From a virus (taxonomy: Duplodnaviria > Caudoviricetes): a DNA stretch of 64,000 nt. The position numbers were made by a program, and so were the translations under genes. The notes beneath the pieces were generated by a model. It was not told the DNA's origin and searched no databases. It saw nothing but the letters and a program-made list of their open reading frames with translations. Positions 44,601-53,245 of the stretch are shown here, in pieces (position 1 is the stretch's first letter; every line of letters starts with the position of its first letter). The DNA is taken from IMG/VR virus record IMGVR_UViG_3300033463_000032, positions 32,001 to 96,000 of that record; one strand, written 5' to 3'.

Positions 44601-45805
44601 AACTTAAAACCACATATACCTATGAAATAGATGCTGAATTGAATTCTTCTACACCTAGCAGACTGTGGACTATAGCAGGTGGTTCATATCAATATACACC
44701 TGATGACAGAGGTTATAAGTATAGAGGATTGTTCTTAGTTGTTGACGGAGAAACAGGTAAGTTAAGAATGGAACTTGCAGGACAACAATCTAGTGATGAT
44801 TGTCCACCATTAGATATTGTGGAAGGTAGGCATACTTACACCTTACATGGAAGTGATATAACACCTTCAATGAACCAGGTTTGGACAACTGATACTTATG
44901 GTTCAGTAGATGACGGATATATCTATGTTGATGATATGGAACTCTATACTGATTATACTTTTGAAATAACCGGAAGTTTTGATAAACATTTCGGTAGATG
45001 CTATACAGTCATTGGTGGTACAGGTGCTACTAACACAGAAGGTCTGTTTGTCTGTGAAGATGGTAATAACGGTAATTTCCTCAATTTACAGACAGGTATT
45101 CAGTATAACACAGGAGTAATATCTAATGAGGATATCAGACCTTATATAGATACACTTCATACTTTTGTATTACCTGGTAACGGAACACATACACAAGCAA
45201 CTAGTGGTGGTTTCTATATAATGAATGGTAGAGATAGTGTTAATGATGAACCATTTGTTCCTGCTTACACATATATTGCTCCATTTGTTTATGACTGTGG
45301 TACAGTTCAAGAAATAAAGATAAAAGATGCAGATAGTAATGTAGTTGCTGATTTTATCCCGGAAGCTTATGAAGGTGTTTCTGGTGTAAGGGATCTTGTT
45401 TCTAATAAATTCTATCCTGCTACTAAACCAGATAGGATCTATGTAAGTCAAGAAGAAAGAACATATACCGGATTTATGCTCTTTGCTCCGAAAGACTATT
45501 CCTTATCAGATGGCAAGATTCTTGGTGCATATAAGATGGTTGATGCTCTTTATGGAAACTACGGAAAGTTCTATAAACTCTCCATCTATGATGAAAACCT
45601 TAATCTTTTAAAAGCATTTGTACCTAAAATGCAAAATGGCAATCTGGGAGTAGTAGATCTGGTAGACAATATCTTCTATCCTTGCAATGATGATGATAAG
45701 TTCTATATGTATAGAGAAGGTCAAGCACCATTATCATTATTTATGTTAGGAAATCCTAATGAAGAAGATGTTCCAGAAGATGTAGAGGATGAAGAAGAAC
45801 CGTAA
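41666..45805 (+). CDS. large tail fibre / receptor-binding protein with C-terminal LamG/ConA-like domains
   Basis: 1379 aa beta-rich protein; two F.P....G..DLV...FYP units. Confidence 0.65.
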   Translation: MNRATPEELFNASPNQTGNNWEASNIGNMGFQFEDKANNINPFWRIIEDGGFKIWYDAWYSTLDNIGFHKPFLMTAVYPAQTVQQALSSYIQCNASGGMWLSGPADLNKDVPAGWSIDGNAKSTSRRSWTQTWSRNYSFAPFIKVLESGNNQPFSANSKWEKIVFYIERQVTDSSSNVGYEWLRTRGNIKPQNQVMYVDGFIGNSSTVNTVKNNKPGSLKTGTGFCVDFDWNGTGHPTHIKLEFIASGQPSVPVRYHSIATRTYSKNSIRVDFMREFFDSTFVSTYLKPDAQYSLKITPVYRIQDNFGTWHDFTYSNVSKTISNFVSYDPQPSENGLQCTLKLNGNPINDSTFGIVRDYDLTSKSITISYNNNTTNGTADRFIARLYGGGPTVFFPEENSVHTMGSTLTLPMSTISVPGASAFYTLEIEFWNSKYPDHTTTTRISNFISSRVQPMFAPNNVYWSSDAGNTWSTANEIVGVYRSDKIKLKWDFNKTTNGTYGLSNMMQIKLEDIDDSSNYIYIWRGAANYSKKGTDPTKPHNISLRQPPTECEFTLNDVGADLIGKNLKITLTPYFCYKYTMNPVTTYVYSTEEKIISDYVKFDMGLSDLVMIAPSSEDAMWFWSEDSDTEKSLFRIAFVLPEDLNTNYGIDKDTYEYSSLKITYIGKDMEEVERTYSIGDNSTEYVSTYICVSGDGTLSHKNSVIIDLTDILNSDYDPLEPIEDTLEDNTTDCYYIVNVLVTSKFGSEKLNTYVIHLKDLPLQLADAENGIPSGTIITPGNMSKFLETRDIVATYTDKSVSKKPVQGEPIKYVDLSYMVDPINALYNKTKNWNNVKKYVMPRAIGSDGTPGIDAPYYNGTSKEFTDHIYAISNNSTSLAQLVSVPADYTEKFNKYFQQPLGKYNYTFRSTNGNVPVVGDSGLPLYSGSEFNVSWSYFLLYWCLHTKEVLADYYLMQSTLIYTNSDSQAYGGWITIPDLELKTTYTYEIDAELNSSTPSRLWTIAGGSYQYTPDDRGYKYRGLFLVVDGETGKLRMELAGQQSSDDCPPLDIVEGRHTYTLHGSDITPSMNQVWTTDTYGSVDDGYIYVDDMELYTDYTFEITGSFDKHFGRCYTVIGGTGATNTEGLFVCEDGNNGNFLNLQTGIQYNTGVISNEDIRPYIDTLHTFVLPGNGTHTQATSGGFYIMNGRDSVNDEPFVPAYTYIAPFVYDCGTVQEIKIKDADSNVVADFIPEAYEGVSGVRDLVSNKFYPATKPDRIYVSQEERTYTGFMLFAPKDYSLSDGKILGAYKMVDALYGNYGKFYKLSIYDENLNLLKAFVPKMQNGNLGVVDLVDNIFYPCNDDDKFYMYREGQAPLSLFMLGNPNEEDVPEDVEDEEEP

Positions 45806-45818
45806 TACACCAAATTAC

Positions 45819-45910
45819 GCACCAGATTTAATTCTAAGACGCAAGAAAAGAGGATTAGTGTAAATTCTAATCCTCTTTTTCAATGCGCTTAAAACTCATT
45901 CTAGACGCCA
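45819..45910. repeat. dispersed inverted-repeat element, copy E, enclosing the bidirectional terminator
   Basis: TTCTAAGAC (45832-45840), 45 bp, CGCTTAAAACTCATTCTAGA. Confidence 0.55.
45846..45880. terminator. bidirectional intrinsic terminator at the convergent junction
   Basis: AAAAGAGGATTAG / CTAATCCTCTTTT. Confidence 0.8.
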
Positions 45911-45924
45911 AATATGGTAATGTA

Positions 45925-46155
45925 TTATTTTTTGAGAACAACCCAAACAACTTGAGTTCCTTCTACATATCTTGATGATAGGAATAATTCATCATTCTTT
46001 ATATATCCGGAAACACATTTTAGGGATTCTGTAGTACCATGGAAGTGTTTTCTGTTTGCTATTCTGATCATTTCTTTTTTAGGTAAGGCCAAGTCTTTAA
46101 AGATTACATAAGCTTTGCGGTTAGCACCTTTATAAATTTCAAGTGTGTCTGTCAT
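45925..46155 (-). CDS. hypothetical protein
   Basis: ORF, SD AAGGAG. Confidence 0.65.
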   Translation of the reverse strand: MTDTLEIYKGANRKAYVIFKDLALPKKEMIRIANRKHFHGTTESLKCVSGYIKNDELFLSSRYVEGTQVVWVVLKK

Positions 46156-46186
46156 TGATGTGGAAATCTCCTTTCAGCAGTTGGTA

Positions 46187-46564
46187 TTATGAATGAGTTT
46201 TAATATAGTTTTCAACATATTGTTCAAAAATACGGATATATTCATTCTTTTTTCCTTTTGGAAGATCCTTGTGTTTAATATATACATCATGGATATCCAA
46301 AACATAAGAATTTTCAGAGGTTCGTTTGAAATGGTATAAAATCCTTACCTGTGTACTGGATGGTCCTTTATATTTAAAAGTAAAGAAATTATTTCCCAGT
46401 ACATCATATTTGATCACATCATTATTGAAGATCTTTTCAAATGGTGTTCCGGTAGCCTCAATGGTATCAATTAATGTATGAAGTTTTTCCATAGCAGCAT
46501 CTACCACTTTTCGTTCTTCCTTAGTAAGATCTTTCTGCCAGTTTTTACACATTTGCTTTACCAC
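46187..46564 (-). CDS. possible RelE/ParE-fold protein
   Basis: Helix pair then FFTFKY...VRILYHF...VLDIHDVYIKH. Confidence 0.4.
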   Translation of the reverse strand: MVKQMCKNWQKDLTKEERKVVDAAMEKLHTLIDTIEATGTPFEKIFNNDVIKYDVLGNNFFTFKYKGPSSTQVRILYHFKRTSENSYVLDIHDVYIKHKDLPKGKKNEYIRIFEQYVENYIKTHS

Positions 46565-46641
46565 CTTTCTTTTATTTAAAAAGGATCATAAGAAGATAAA
46601 CTTCTTCCTATAATCCTAAACACATTTTATGATTTTTAGAT

Positions 46642-46821
46642 TTAATCATGTCTATGAAACCATCTTTCTTTTCCCAGAGCTTTCTTATAATCTTTAAGAT
46701 TTTCACTAATAAAAGCACCAATGGATGCTTTAGATTGATCTGTAGGCAATTCTAGGCCTAATTCATAGGCTATGTCTTTAGCATACTCCAGTTGTTTGAT
46801 TGTTGGTTTATTATCTTCCAT
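46642..46821 (-). CDS. 59 aa hypothetical protein (MEDNKPTIKQLEYAKDIA...)
   Basis: SD AAGGA; below the ORF-track cutoff. Confidence 0.55.
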   Translation of the reverse strand: MEDNKPTIKQLEYAKDIAYELGLELPTDQSKASIGAFISENLKDYKKALGKERWFHRHD

Positions 46822-46850
46822 TAGTCAAGATCCTTATCCTTGTATATGTA

Positions 46851-47087
46851 TTATCTATAGATATCACTTATCTTCATATTTTGAGCTTTTTCAATTCCTT
46901 CTATAAACAAACGAAGAGGCATATTCTGTGAAGTACCACCGGATATCACAGTCAGAACTTCACAAATTAATTCTCCTTTTCTGTTAAGAATATAAATATC
47001 TTTAATTTCATGTTCTGCTAACACTCCACAACAATATACAAAAACTTTTGAACCAATTTTTATATTAGGAAAATTTTCACTTACCAT
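46851..47087 (-). CDS. hypothetical protein
   Basis: ORF, SD AAGGAG. Confidence 0.55.
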   Translation of the reverse strand: MVSENFPNIKIGSKVFVYCCGVLAEHEIKDIYILNRKGELICEVLTVISGGTSQNMPLRLFIEGIEKAQNMKISDIYR

Positions 47088-47261
47088 TTATCACTCTTTT
47101 TCTCCTTTTCTGATCAAATATGTGTATTATTCAAAAACTCTCTTGGTTCCCTAGATGGTGTAAAGTTTTGTCACAAGAAAGGCGTTTTACCTTTCTTATT
47201 TTATTTTTATTAGTATTGTGGTTTTCCTAGAGAACCAGGACAATCTTTGTAAAAAGATCCT

Positions 47262-47564
47262 TTATAAAATATCTGCGTAGTATCTACCATCTTTATTAGA
47301 GAACACTACTTCTGCCGGAAATGGATTAAGTTTCATAACAGCAAATCCTACACAAGTTCTTATCCATTCTTCATAATCATTAGGAATTCTGTATAAGGTA
47401 GGACCTTTTGTATCTTTGATCGTAATTACTGGAATACTGCTACAATTTGTTTCAATTGATCCTACTGAATATACAAATACCTTTACTTCATCCTTTATAT
47501 TAAGAAAAGGGATATTATCAACATCATATGGTACTAAAGCACCTGCTTTATTTTTGAAATACAT
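47262..47564 (-). CDS. hypothetical protein
   Basis: ORF in the minus-strand operon. Confidence 0.6.
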   Translation of the reverse strand: MYFKNKAGALVPYDVDNIPFLNIKDEVKVFVYSVGSIETNCSSIPVITIKDTKGPTLYRIPNDYEEWIRTCVGFAVMKLNPFPAEVVFSNKDGRYYADIL

Positions 47565-47898
47565 GATTTAACCCCCATTCATCTAAAAGAGTATTGAGCT
47601 TAACCGCTTGATCATAAGTAATATCAGTAAGGCCTAACATTCTATACTTAGTATGTTCAATATAGGTTTTTTGCCTAAGTGCTTCTTGAAACTCCGGTGT
47701 AGCAAGTTCAAGATGAACGGAACTGTTTTCAGAAATAGAAGTACCTTCTGAATTAAAATGATAACCACCTTCTACAGAAATCCATTTCTTCTTAGGAGAG
47801 ATCCCTTTAACTTGCAGTAATCGGTAATGGTAGCCTTCGATTCCTCGTTTTCCATATCCTACATACACATAATCACCTGATTTTAAGTTACTGAACAT
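47548..47898 (-). CDS. hypothetical protein (start MFSNLK)
   Basis: SD GAGGA. Confidence 0.6.
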   Translation of the reverse strand: MFSNLKSGDYVYVGYGKRGIEGYHYRLLQVKGISPKKKWISVEGGYHFNSEGTSISENSSVHLELATPEFQEALRQKTYIEHTKYRMLGLTDITYDQAVKLNTLLDEWGLNHVFQK

Positions 47899-47938
47899 AA
47901 TGATGATCCTCTTTTCTTTAAGTCTTGATCTTACTATA

Positions 47939-48115
47939 TCAATCTTCATGTACCAATTTAGTCTCACACTTAGGACAATTCAAATCTTCTGGAACAGGTC
48001 TATTAAAAGAACAGATTAAAAAGTCATAACCACAGATAGGACATTTTACTATCCATTCATTAGACATTCCAAATCTATGAACCATCCACTTAGGATTTTC
48101 TAATTCAATTTTCAT
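47939..48115 (-). CDS. small zinc-ribbon protein
   Basis: CPICG...CPKC; below the ORF-track cutoff. Confidence 0.55.
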   Translation of the reverse strand: MKIELENPKWMVHRFGMSNEWIVKCPICGYDFLICSFNRPVPEDLNCPKCETKLVHED

Positions 48116-48191
48116 AGATACTTTCTATTCCTTTCTTTGAAGTTTCCTATATTATACAACACAAAACTTGATTTTAATATTTATTATTTTC

Positions 48192-48449
48192 TTAAGTGTT
48201 GTTCAGAAACCTCTCTCTTTCTTTGATTTCTTCCAGATATCCAGAAAATTTATTGAAGATGGTTACTAATATCTTAAGAGTGATTACAGCACAATTAAAA
48301 AGAATAAAACAGGTAAGATATAGCTTGTTTTGAAATGTGATCTTGATGAAGAAACCTTCCAGTAAGAATGAAAACAAACAGATCAGAAATTCTGCCGTAG
48401 TTCCTTTATGTGTCTTAATGAGTTCTTCAAAGATCTCCGGTTTTGTCAT
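48192..48449 (-). CDS. small membrane protein
   Basis: Two hydrophobic segments; SD AGGTG. Confidence 0.55.
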   Translation of the reverse strand: MTKPEIFEELIKTHKGTTAEFLICLFSFLLEGFFIKITFQNKLYLTCFILFNCAVITLKILVTIFNKFSGYLEEIKERERFLNNT

Positions 48450-48468
48450 ATTCTCACCTGTATTTCTT

Positions 48469-48987
48469 TTAGTTGCACCATCCGGGATATTCATACTTTT
48501 CTTTTGCTGCCGGTAAGCAGTCTGCACAACAACAACCTGCAAATCCTACCTGATGTAAGTTTTTTGGACCAACTCTTCTGCCACATTCCGGACAAACACC
48601 ATAAGAATCCACTATTTTCTTAATGAGTTCCTTAAGATCAATATCCAATGGATAACTACCCAGATTAAAACCATCCCGGATAAAATCATTATAAAAATGT
48701 TTGCTAGGAGCTAAAGCTTCAAAGACTGTCAGTTCCTTTGGATATAGACTGATCATAAAACCTATTTTGTTATCCAGAGTGTCAAAGATCGGATCAGTAA
48801 TAATAATGTAAGGTTTTCTGGAAACAAGGCCTGTAAGGAAAAACTTACATCTGGGATCATCTTTAGCCTGTTGAAAAATAGGCTGATTGATAAGATTTTT
48901 ATCATCCGTATGTATGGGTAAAGACTCAATCTTTTTTACCAGTTCTTCATATGTAAGAAAATGGTCATTAAAAAGTTCTGCTTTCAT
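48469..48987 (-). CDS. hypothetical protein with a C-terminal Cys cluster
   Basis: SD AAGGAG before MKAEL; CPECG...CCCADC. Confidence 0.65.
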   Translation of the reverse strand: MKAELFNDHFLTYEELVKKIESLPIHTDDKNLINQPIFQQAKDDPRCKFFLTGLVSRKPYIIITDPIFDTLDNKIGFMISLYPKELTVFEALAPSKHFYNDFIRDGFNLGSYPLDIDLKELIKKIVDSYGVCPECGRRVGPKNLHQVGFAGCCCADCLPAAKEKYEYPGWCN

Positions 48988-49038
48988 AGTGATATTCTCC
49001 TTTTCTGTTTTATGTTTCCTTGCCTCATTTACATAATA

Positions 49039-49094
49039 ATTATATAGATTATTCATTTTAAACTATACAAAAATCATTGTTTTTATATTAAATT
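49039..49094 (-). promoter_or_regulatory. conserved early-type promoter, copy 1
   Basis: Minus strand ...AACAATGATTTTTGTATAG-N16-TATATAAT. Confidence 0.65.
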
Positions 49095-49135
49095 CATTGC
49101 TAAAAAAGGATTCCATTTCTGGAATCCTTCTGGTA

Positions 49136-49327
49136 TTATGCTTTGAGTTTTCCTTCTTTAAATAGATCCATTATTATCCGGTTAGCCATTGCTATGCTAC
49201 ACTTAGGATCATAGCCGGTAATGTAAGAAACAAGATCAAATCTGGTAGGAGCTTGATTAGCCATAGCTTTGTAATTTTCAATAAATCTGTTACAAGATTT
49301 CCTAATCTGATTTTCTTTATTAGTCAT
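49136..49327 (-). CDS. hypothetical protein
   Basis: SD AGGAG; own promoter and downstream hairpin. Confidence 0.65.
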   Translation of the reverse strand: MTNKENQIRKSCNRFIENYKAMANQAPTRFDLVSYITGYDPKCSIAMANRIIMDLFKEGKLKA

Positions 49328-49375
49328 ATTGTGTATCTCCTGTTATTGTGTAACTTGCTCACTTTTTCCTATTAC

Positions 49376-49430
49376 ATAATAGCAAAGTGGTACATTAATC
49401 TATACAATATTTATTGTTTTTATATCAAAA
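49376..49430 (-). promoter_or_regulatory. conserved early-type promoter, copy 2
   Basis: TTTGATATAAAAACAATAAATATTGTATAG-N18-TATTAT. Confidence 0.65.
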
Positions 49431-49440
49431 TCATTATCAA

Positions 49441-49677
49441 TTATGAGTGAATTATTATCTGCTCCATCCATAATTCCAGAAGCTTGGTACCAAATGATTT
49501 GTCTTTATCCTTATCCATACATTCACTTTCAGCAAAAAACTTCTGATGATCTTCGGAACATCTTATTACATATTCTCCAAAACCAATCTCTGAGCTCCAA
49601 CTGATGATGATTGTATCTTTTTGTATTTTAACTTCTTCAATAGCAAGGTTTATTTCATTAACATCAAACTTTCTCAT
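49441..49677 (-). CDS. hypothetical protein
   Basis: ORF. Confidence 0.55.
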   Translation of the reverse strand: MRKFDVNEINLAIEEVKIQKDTIIISWSSEIGFGEYVIRCSEDHQKFFAESECMDKDKDKSFGTKLLELWMEQIIIHS

Positions 49678-49723
49678 AAATTACACCACTATTATAATCC
49701 ATTTCACAATTTCTTCCTTTGCA

Positions 49724-50032
49724 TTAAAATCCAGATTTTTCTGTAAGAATTTCTTTAACAAGATTAGCACATTCTTTTGCACAATACTTACCAAAATCCT
49801 TACCAACTGTTTCAATAACATCATTAGTTTCTTTTACACAATCTTCATAAATTCTTCTGCTAATGTTCTTCATAATAACACCCATATCTCTTGGACCCCA
49901 GTTAGAAGGAATAAGACCTTCATCAACAAACTTATTAAGCATCTTTTCTACTCTTGGCTTTACAACAACAGTTCTGACTAATGCCAGATTTTCATTTTGT
50001 TTTGCTGCATCTTCCGGAGAGAATTCTTTCTT
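49724..50032 (-). pseudogene. probable C-terminal remnant of an Rnl2-like RNA ligase gene
   Basis: Frame reads KKEFSPED...VKPRVEKMLNKFVDEG...DMG.IMK...IYED..KE with no upstream start; overlaps the previous gene out of frame. Confidence 0.4.
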
Positions 50033-50312
50033 TTAAGGCTTGAACTCCTTGTTTACAAGCAGCAACTGCATCTTTATGCATTTTAGATGGTAAAACATCT
50101 GGAAGTGCATTAAGCCAATGTAAAGCTTCTTCATCTGTCATTTGTTTCACTTCTTCTGTATTAGGAAAATATAGAAGCATATCACCATTCTTTAACCAGA
50201 TGGTGATTCCAGATCTTTCTTCTGCAAATGCATGGTCTAATGGTCTATAATCATCAACTTCCAATTCTGGGAATCTTTCTTTAAATAGTTTGAAAATATC
50301 TCCATTTGTCAT
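49992..50312 (-). CDS. hypothetical protein
   Basis: ORF. Confidence 0.6.
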   Translation of the reverse strand: MTNGDIFKLFKERFPELEVDDYRPLDHAFAEERSGITIWLKNGDMLLYFPNTEEVKQMTDEEALHWLNALPDVLPSKMHKDAVAACKQGVQALKERILSGRCSKTK

Positions 50313-50608
50313 TTTTCTAAACTCTCCATCATTCTTTTAAAATGTTCCTTGGTAACAGTCCAATCTGTCATATACTGTAATGTAACATCATTTTCTTCTG
50401 CTACACGTTTGCGAATTCCATAAACCCTACCATTTTCTCTATCAAATTGAGAATATGCTACATTTAGAAAAGAATAATTTCCAACATACCATCTTTCTAT
50501 AAAAACATCAGTTTCTCCTTGATGCAGTCTTATATATCTTTCAGGTGGTGCAATATCCTCAATGGTGGTTGTAACTTCTTCTTCAAAACAATCCCAGTAA
50601 TATTCCAT
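50309..50608 (-). CDS. hypothetical protein
   Basis: ORF. Confidence 0.6.
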   Translation of the reverse strand: MEYYWDCFEEEVTTTIEDIAPPERYIRLHQGETDVFIERWYVGNYSFLNVAYSQFDRENGRVYGIRKRVAEENDVTLQYMTDWTVTKEHFKRMMESLEK

Positions 50609-50611
50609 TGT

Positions 50612-50833
50612 TTATTGTCTCCAATATTCTTTACCAGAAGCAAGTGCTGCAAAGATCCGGGCATCTTGTTCTTCTTTCTGTTTCTGATCCATATACTTTA
50701 ATGCCTCGATACCTTTATTAAGTGCTTCATAAACCTCATTCTTATATTCCGGATCATGAAGTGGACCAGTTGTATCTTTCTTCATTTCTGTTATTAATGA
50801 CTTTATCCAATCTATTGCTTCTTTATTTGTCAT
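50612..50833 (-). CDS. hypothetical protein (MTNKEAI-type small phage protein)
   Basis: ORF, SD GAGGTG. Confidence 0.6.
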   Translation of the reverse strand: MTNKEAIDWIKSLITEMKKDTTGPLHDPEYKNEVYEALNKGIEALKYMDQKQKEEQDARIFAALASGKEYWRQ

Positions 50834-51015
50834 TCTTTGTCACCTCACATACTGCCATCTTCTGAATTATAAAATAGCAATCCCATAAGGAATCCATATA
50901 TTCTTTCTACACGTTCTTTATTCGGTTCTTTTACTCCAAGTCTTTTAAATTCTTCTTCAATAACTTTTTTAAAATATTCTTCATTATCCATTGTCTTTAT
51001 CACTCCCGCAAGAAC

Positions 51016-51447
51016 TTACATTCCAGAACATATTCCTAGTGACTTTATATCCATCTTAGATTTACAGTTTGGACAAACTTTTAATTTTTCTGCACTACGA
51101 CCACCACACAACGAACATTTATACATGCCATGAGGACAATCTGGAGTGGCAGTATTTATACTAAAAACCCATGTAGGTTTTTCAGTCTTTGAAGATCCTT
51201 CATCTTTTAGATACTCCAGTATTTTTTCCAAGGTTGCTATAATTGATGCTTTATTGTATAAATCAGCAGAACCTTCTATTTCATCTGAGATATCCTGTAA
51301 TTGAATTAAAAATTTTGATGGATTTCTTCGATATATTCCTGCAATCTCATATAGAAATTCTGCTTGTTCCTTTTCTGTCATGTTCCGCAGTTCATACGCC
51401 AATTCTTCAGGATCAACTTTAAATTCAATTTCAAGATTCTTTTTCAT
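51016..51447 (-). CDS. hypothetical protein with a C-terminal zinc ribbon
   Basis: YKCSLCG...CPNC. Confidence 0.65.
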   Translation of the reverse strand: MKKNLEIEFKVDPEELAYELRNMTEKEQAEFLYEIAGIYRRNPSKFLIQLQDISDEIEGSADLYNKASIIATLEKILEYLKDEGSSKTEKPTWVFSINTATPDCPHGMYKCSLCGGRSAEKLKVCPNCKSKMDIKSLGICSGM

Positions 51448-51676
51448 TCTTAGTTATCTCCTTAGACTTCCTTACTGACTGTAGTTTATTTCCATCATGC
51501 TCACAATATTCACAATCAATACCATACCTATCTCCACAGATAGGACAGAACTTAGAATGGTTTTTCTCAAAGTAATATTCTGCGACCATACCTATGAAAA
51601 AACTCACAATAATCGCAATCATAATAATAGACGTAAACAACTCAAATGAAATGCTAATATTTTTTTCTTTATCCAT
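51431..51676 (-). CDS. membrane-anchored zinc-ribbon protein
   Basis: TM segment; CPICG..Y....CEHDG. Confidence 0.6.
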   Translation of the reverse strand: MDKEKNISISFELFTSIIMIAIIVSFFIGMVAEYYFEKNHSKFCPICGDRYGIDCEYCEHDGNKLQSVRKSKEITKNEKES

Positions 51677-51687
51677 TTTAGTTTTCC

Positions 51688-51909
51688 TTATCTTCCCAAA
51701 TGGTAATTCCCGGACATGTCTACATAAACATTCCACCAGTTTCCAGGAAGATCTTCTGATCCATCAAGTACTTCATATCCGGTATGGTGACATAATTCTT
51801 CATTACCATATTGTGAAGTAATAAAAGTCTTATCTGGCTGCATAGTGCATTGTCTTACGTTTCCTTTACCAAATATTCTTTCTAATCGATCTAATTGAGT
51901 ATTAATCAT
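51688..51909 (-). CDS. hypothetical protein
   Basis: ORF, SD AAGGAG. Confidence 0.6.
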   Translation of the reverse strand: MINTQLDRLERIFGKGNVRQCTMQPDKTFITSQYGNEELCHHTGYEVLDGSEDLPGNWWNVYVDMSGNYHLGR

Positions 51910-51922
51910 AAATTTACTCCTT

Positions 51923-53245
51923 TCACAAATAATTAATGGCTTCTTCCTTATCTACAAAAAAGTGAATTCCCGAAGAACACTCATTGTATCTGTTTTCATC
52001 AAAATCAGTAACTTCAACATATTTTCCTTTTTCGTATAAAAAAATAGGTGAATAAAGGGACCATGCTGCCTCAAAATGATATGTTCCTTGTAAATCGGTA
52101 ATATCTAGAACTTTAGCCTTGTTTGTTCTACATTTCTTTCCAGTTGCTGATGATCTCTTTGCATCTTTCGGAATGTATAGTTTTATAAGACATTGTTGAT
52201 CTAAGCGAAAAGCTCCATCAGTAAGTCTTGCCTTTTTCCATCCGATAAATCCTCCTTCTGTGGGACAGGCCATAGGACATATTGGTGGATTTTCTGCACG
52301 TTCAAAATCTGAATGATCCCAAATATTATCAATAAAGGTACAATCGTTAAAACATGCATAATAAAAAGTAGAATTTACAAAAGATGATGATCGAAACTCC
52401 ACATTTGTAAATACAGAATGTTTAAAATCAACTTCATAGAATCGTGAATTTACAAAAGAACACATATTAAAGTGCGAATACATAAATACAAACCTTGTTT
52501 CATTTGTTAATATGAGATCCATAAAAACACAATCTTTAAAAGTTAAATTCTCTGATACATCACAAGATATATGATTAGAACATTCTTCTCCATAGCTTTT
52601 TAACCAAGTATTTAAAATTTCTTTGGTAACTTCTGGAGTATGATTATACCAGTTCATTAAGGCATCTAAAAAATCCTGTTTAATAGTCATAGGGATTCCT
52701 TTCCGAATACTTTGCAATTCACATTCAAGTTCCTTCAAAATATCAAGATAAGAATAATCATTACTTTCATATCTAGGTATGGTATTACTTAACCGATATG
52801 TTTCTATAATGTCTCCATTAAGATAAATATCAGCATACCAATAGTCACTATCTTCATCATTAGTAAATAATATTAACTGTTGATCCTTATAGTGTGTCCT
52901 GGAAAGCTTCTTTATTACTTCAACTGCAGGGCTCCAAGCAGTTTCAAATTTTATAGCATCATCATTGAGAATTTGGCAATCATAACCATTCCACTTGGTT
53001 CCCCAGTTATCAATACGCCATTGATACCAATTAAACCAAGGTTTTTCATCCTCTTTGATGCTAGAATCCGGATTTATATTCAAATTATATTTAGGATCAC
53101 ATTCTTCCGAAGATTTTGGTTCTGGTATAATGTGATTGAAGTTAAATAATGAATATTCAACAGATCCTTCTTTTCCAGATTCAAACCAATCCTTTTTCCC
53201 TATGTTTGTTATCTTAAGAATGTTAATAGTAATATTAGGCATCAT
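51923..53245 (-). CDS. fusion of a DUF1281/YubB-like domain, pentapeptide repeats and a DUF5758-like domain
   Basis: WYQWRIDNWGTKWN...FETAWSP; F..C.F repeats; GFIGWKK...KCRT.KAKV...ECSSGIHFF. Confidence 0.65.
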   Translation of the reverse strand: MMPNITINILKITNIGKKDWFESGKEGSVEYSLFNFNHIIPEPKSSEECDPKYNLNINPDSSIKEDEKPWFNWYQWRIDNWGTKWNGYDCQILNDDAIKFETAWSPAVEVIKKLSRTHYKDQQLILFTNDEDSDYWYADIYLNGDIIETYRLSNTIPRYESNDYSYLDILKELECELQSIRKGIPMTIKQDFLDALMNWYNHTPEVTKEILNTWLKSYGEECSNHISCDVSENLTFKDCVFMDLILTNETRFVFMYSHFNMCSFVNSRFYEVDFKHSVFTNVEFRSSSFVNSTFYYACFNDCTFIDNIWDHSDFERAENPPICPMACPTEGGFIGWKKARLTDGAFRLDQQCLIKLYIPKDAKRSSATGKKCRTNKAKVLDITDLQGTYHFEAAWSLYSPIFLYEKGKYVEVTDFDENRYNECSSGIHFFVDKEEAINYL

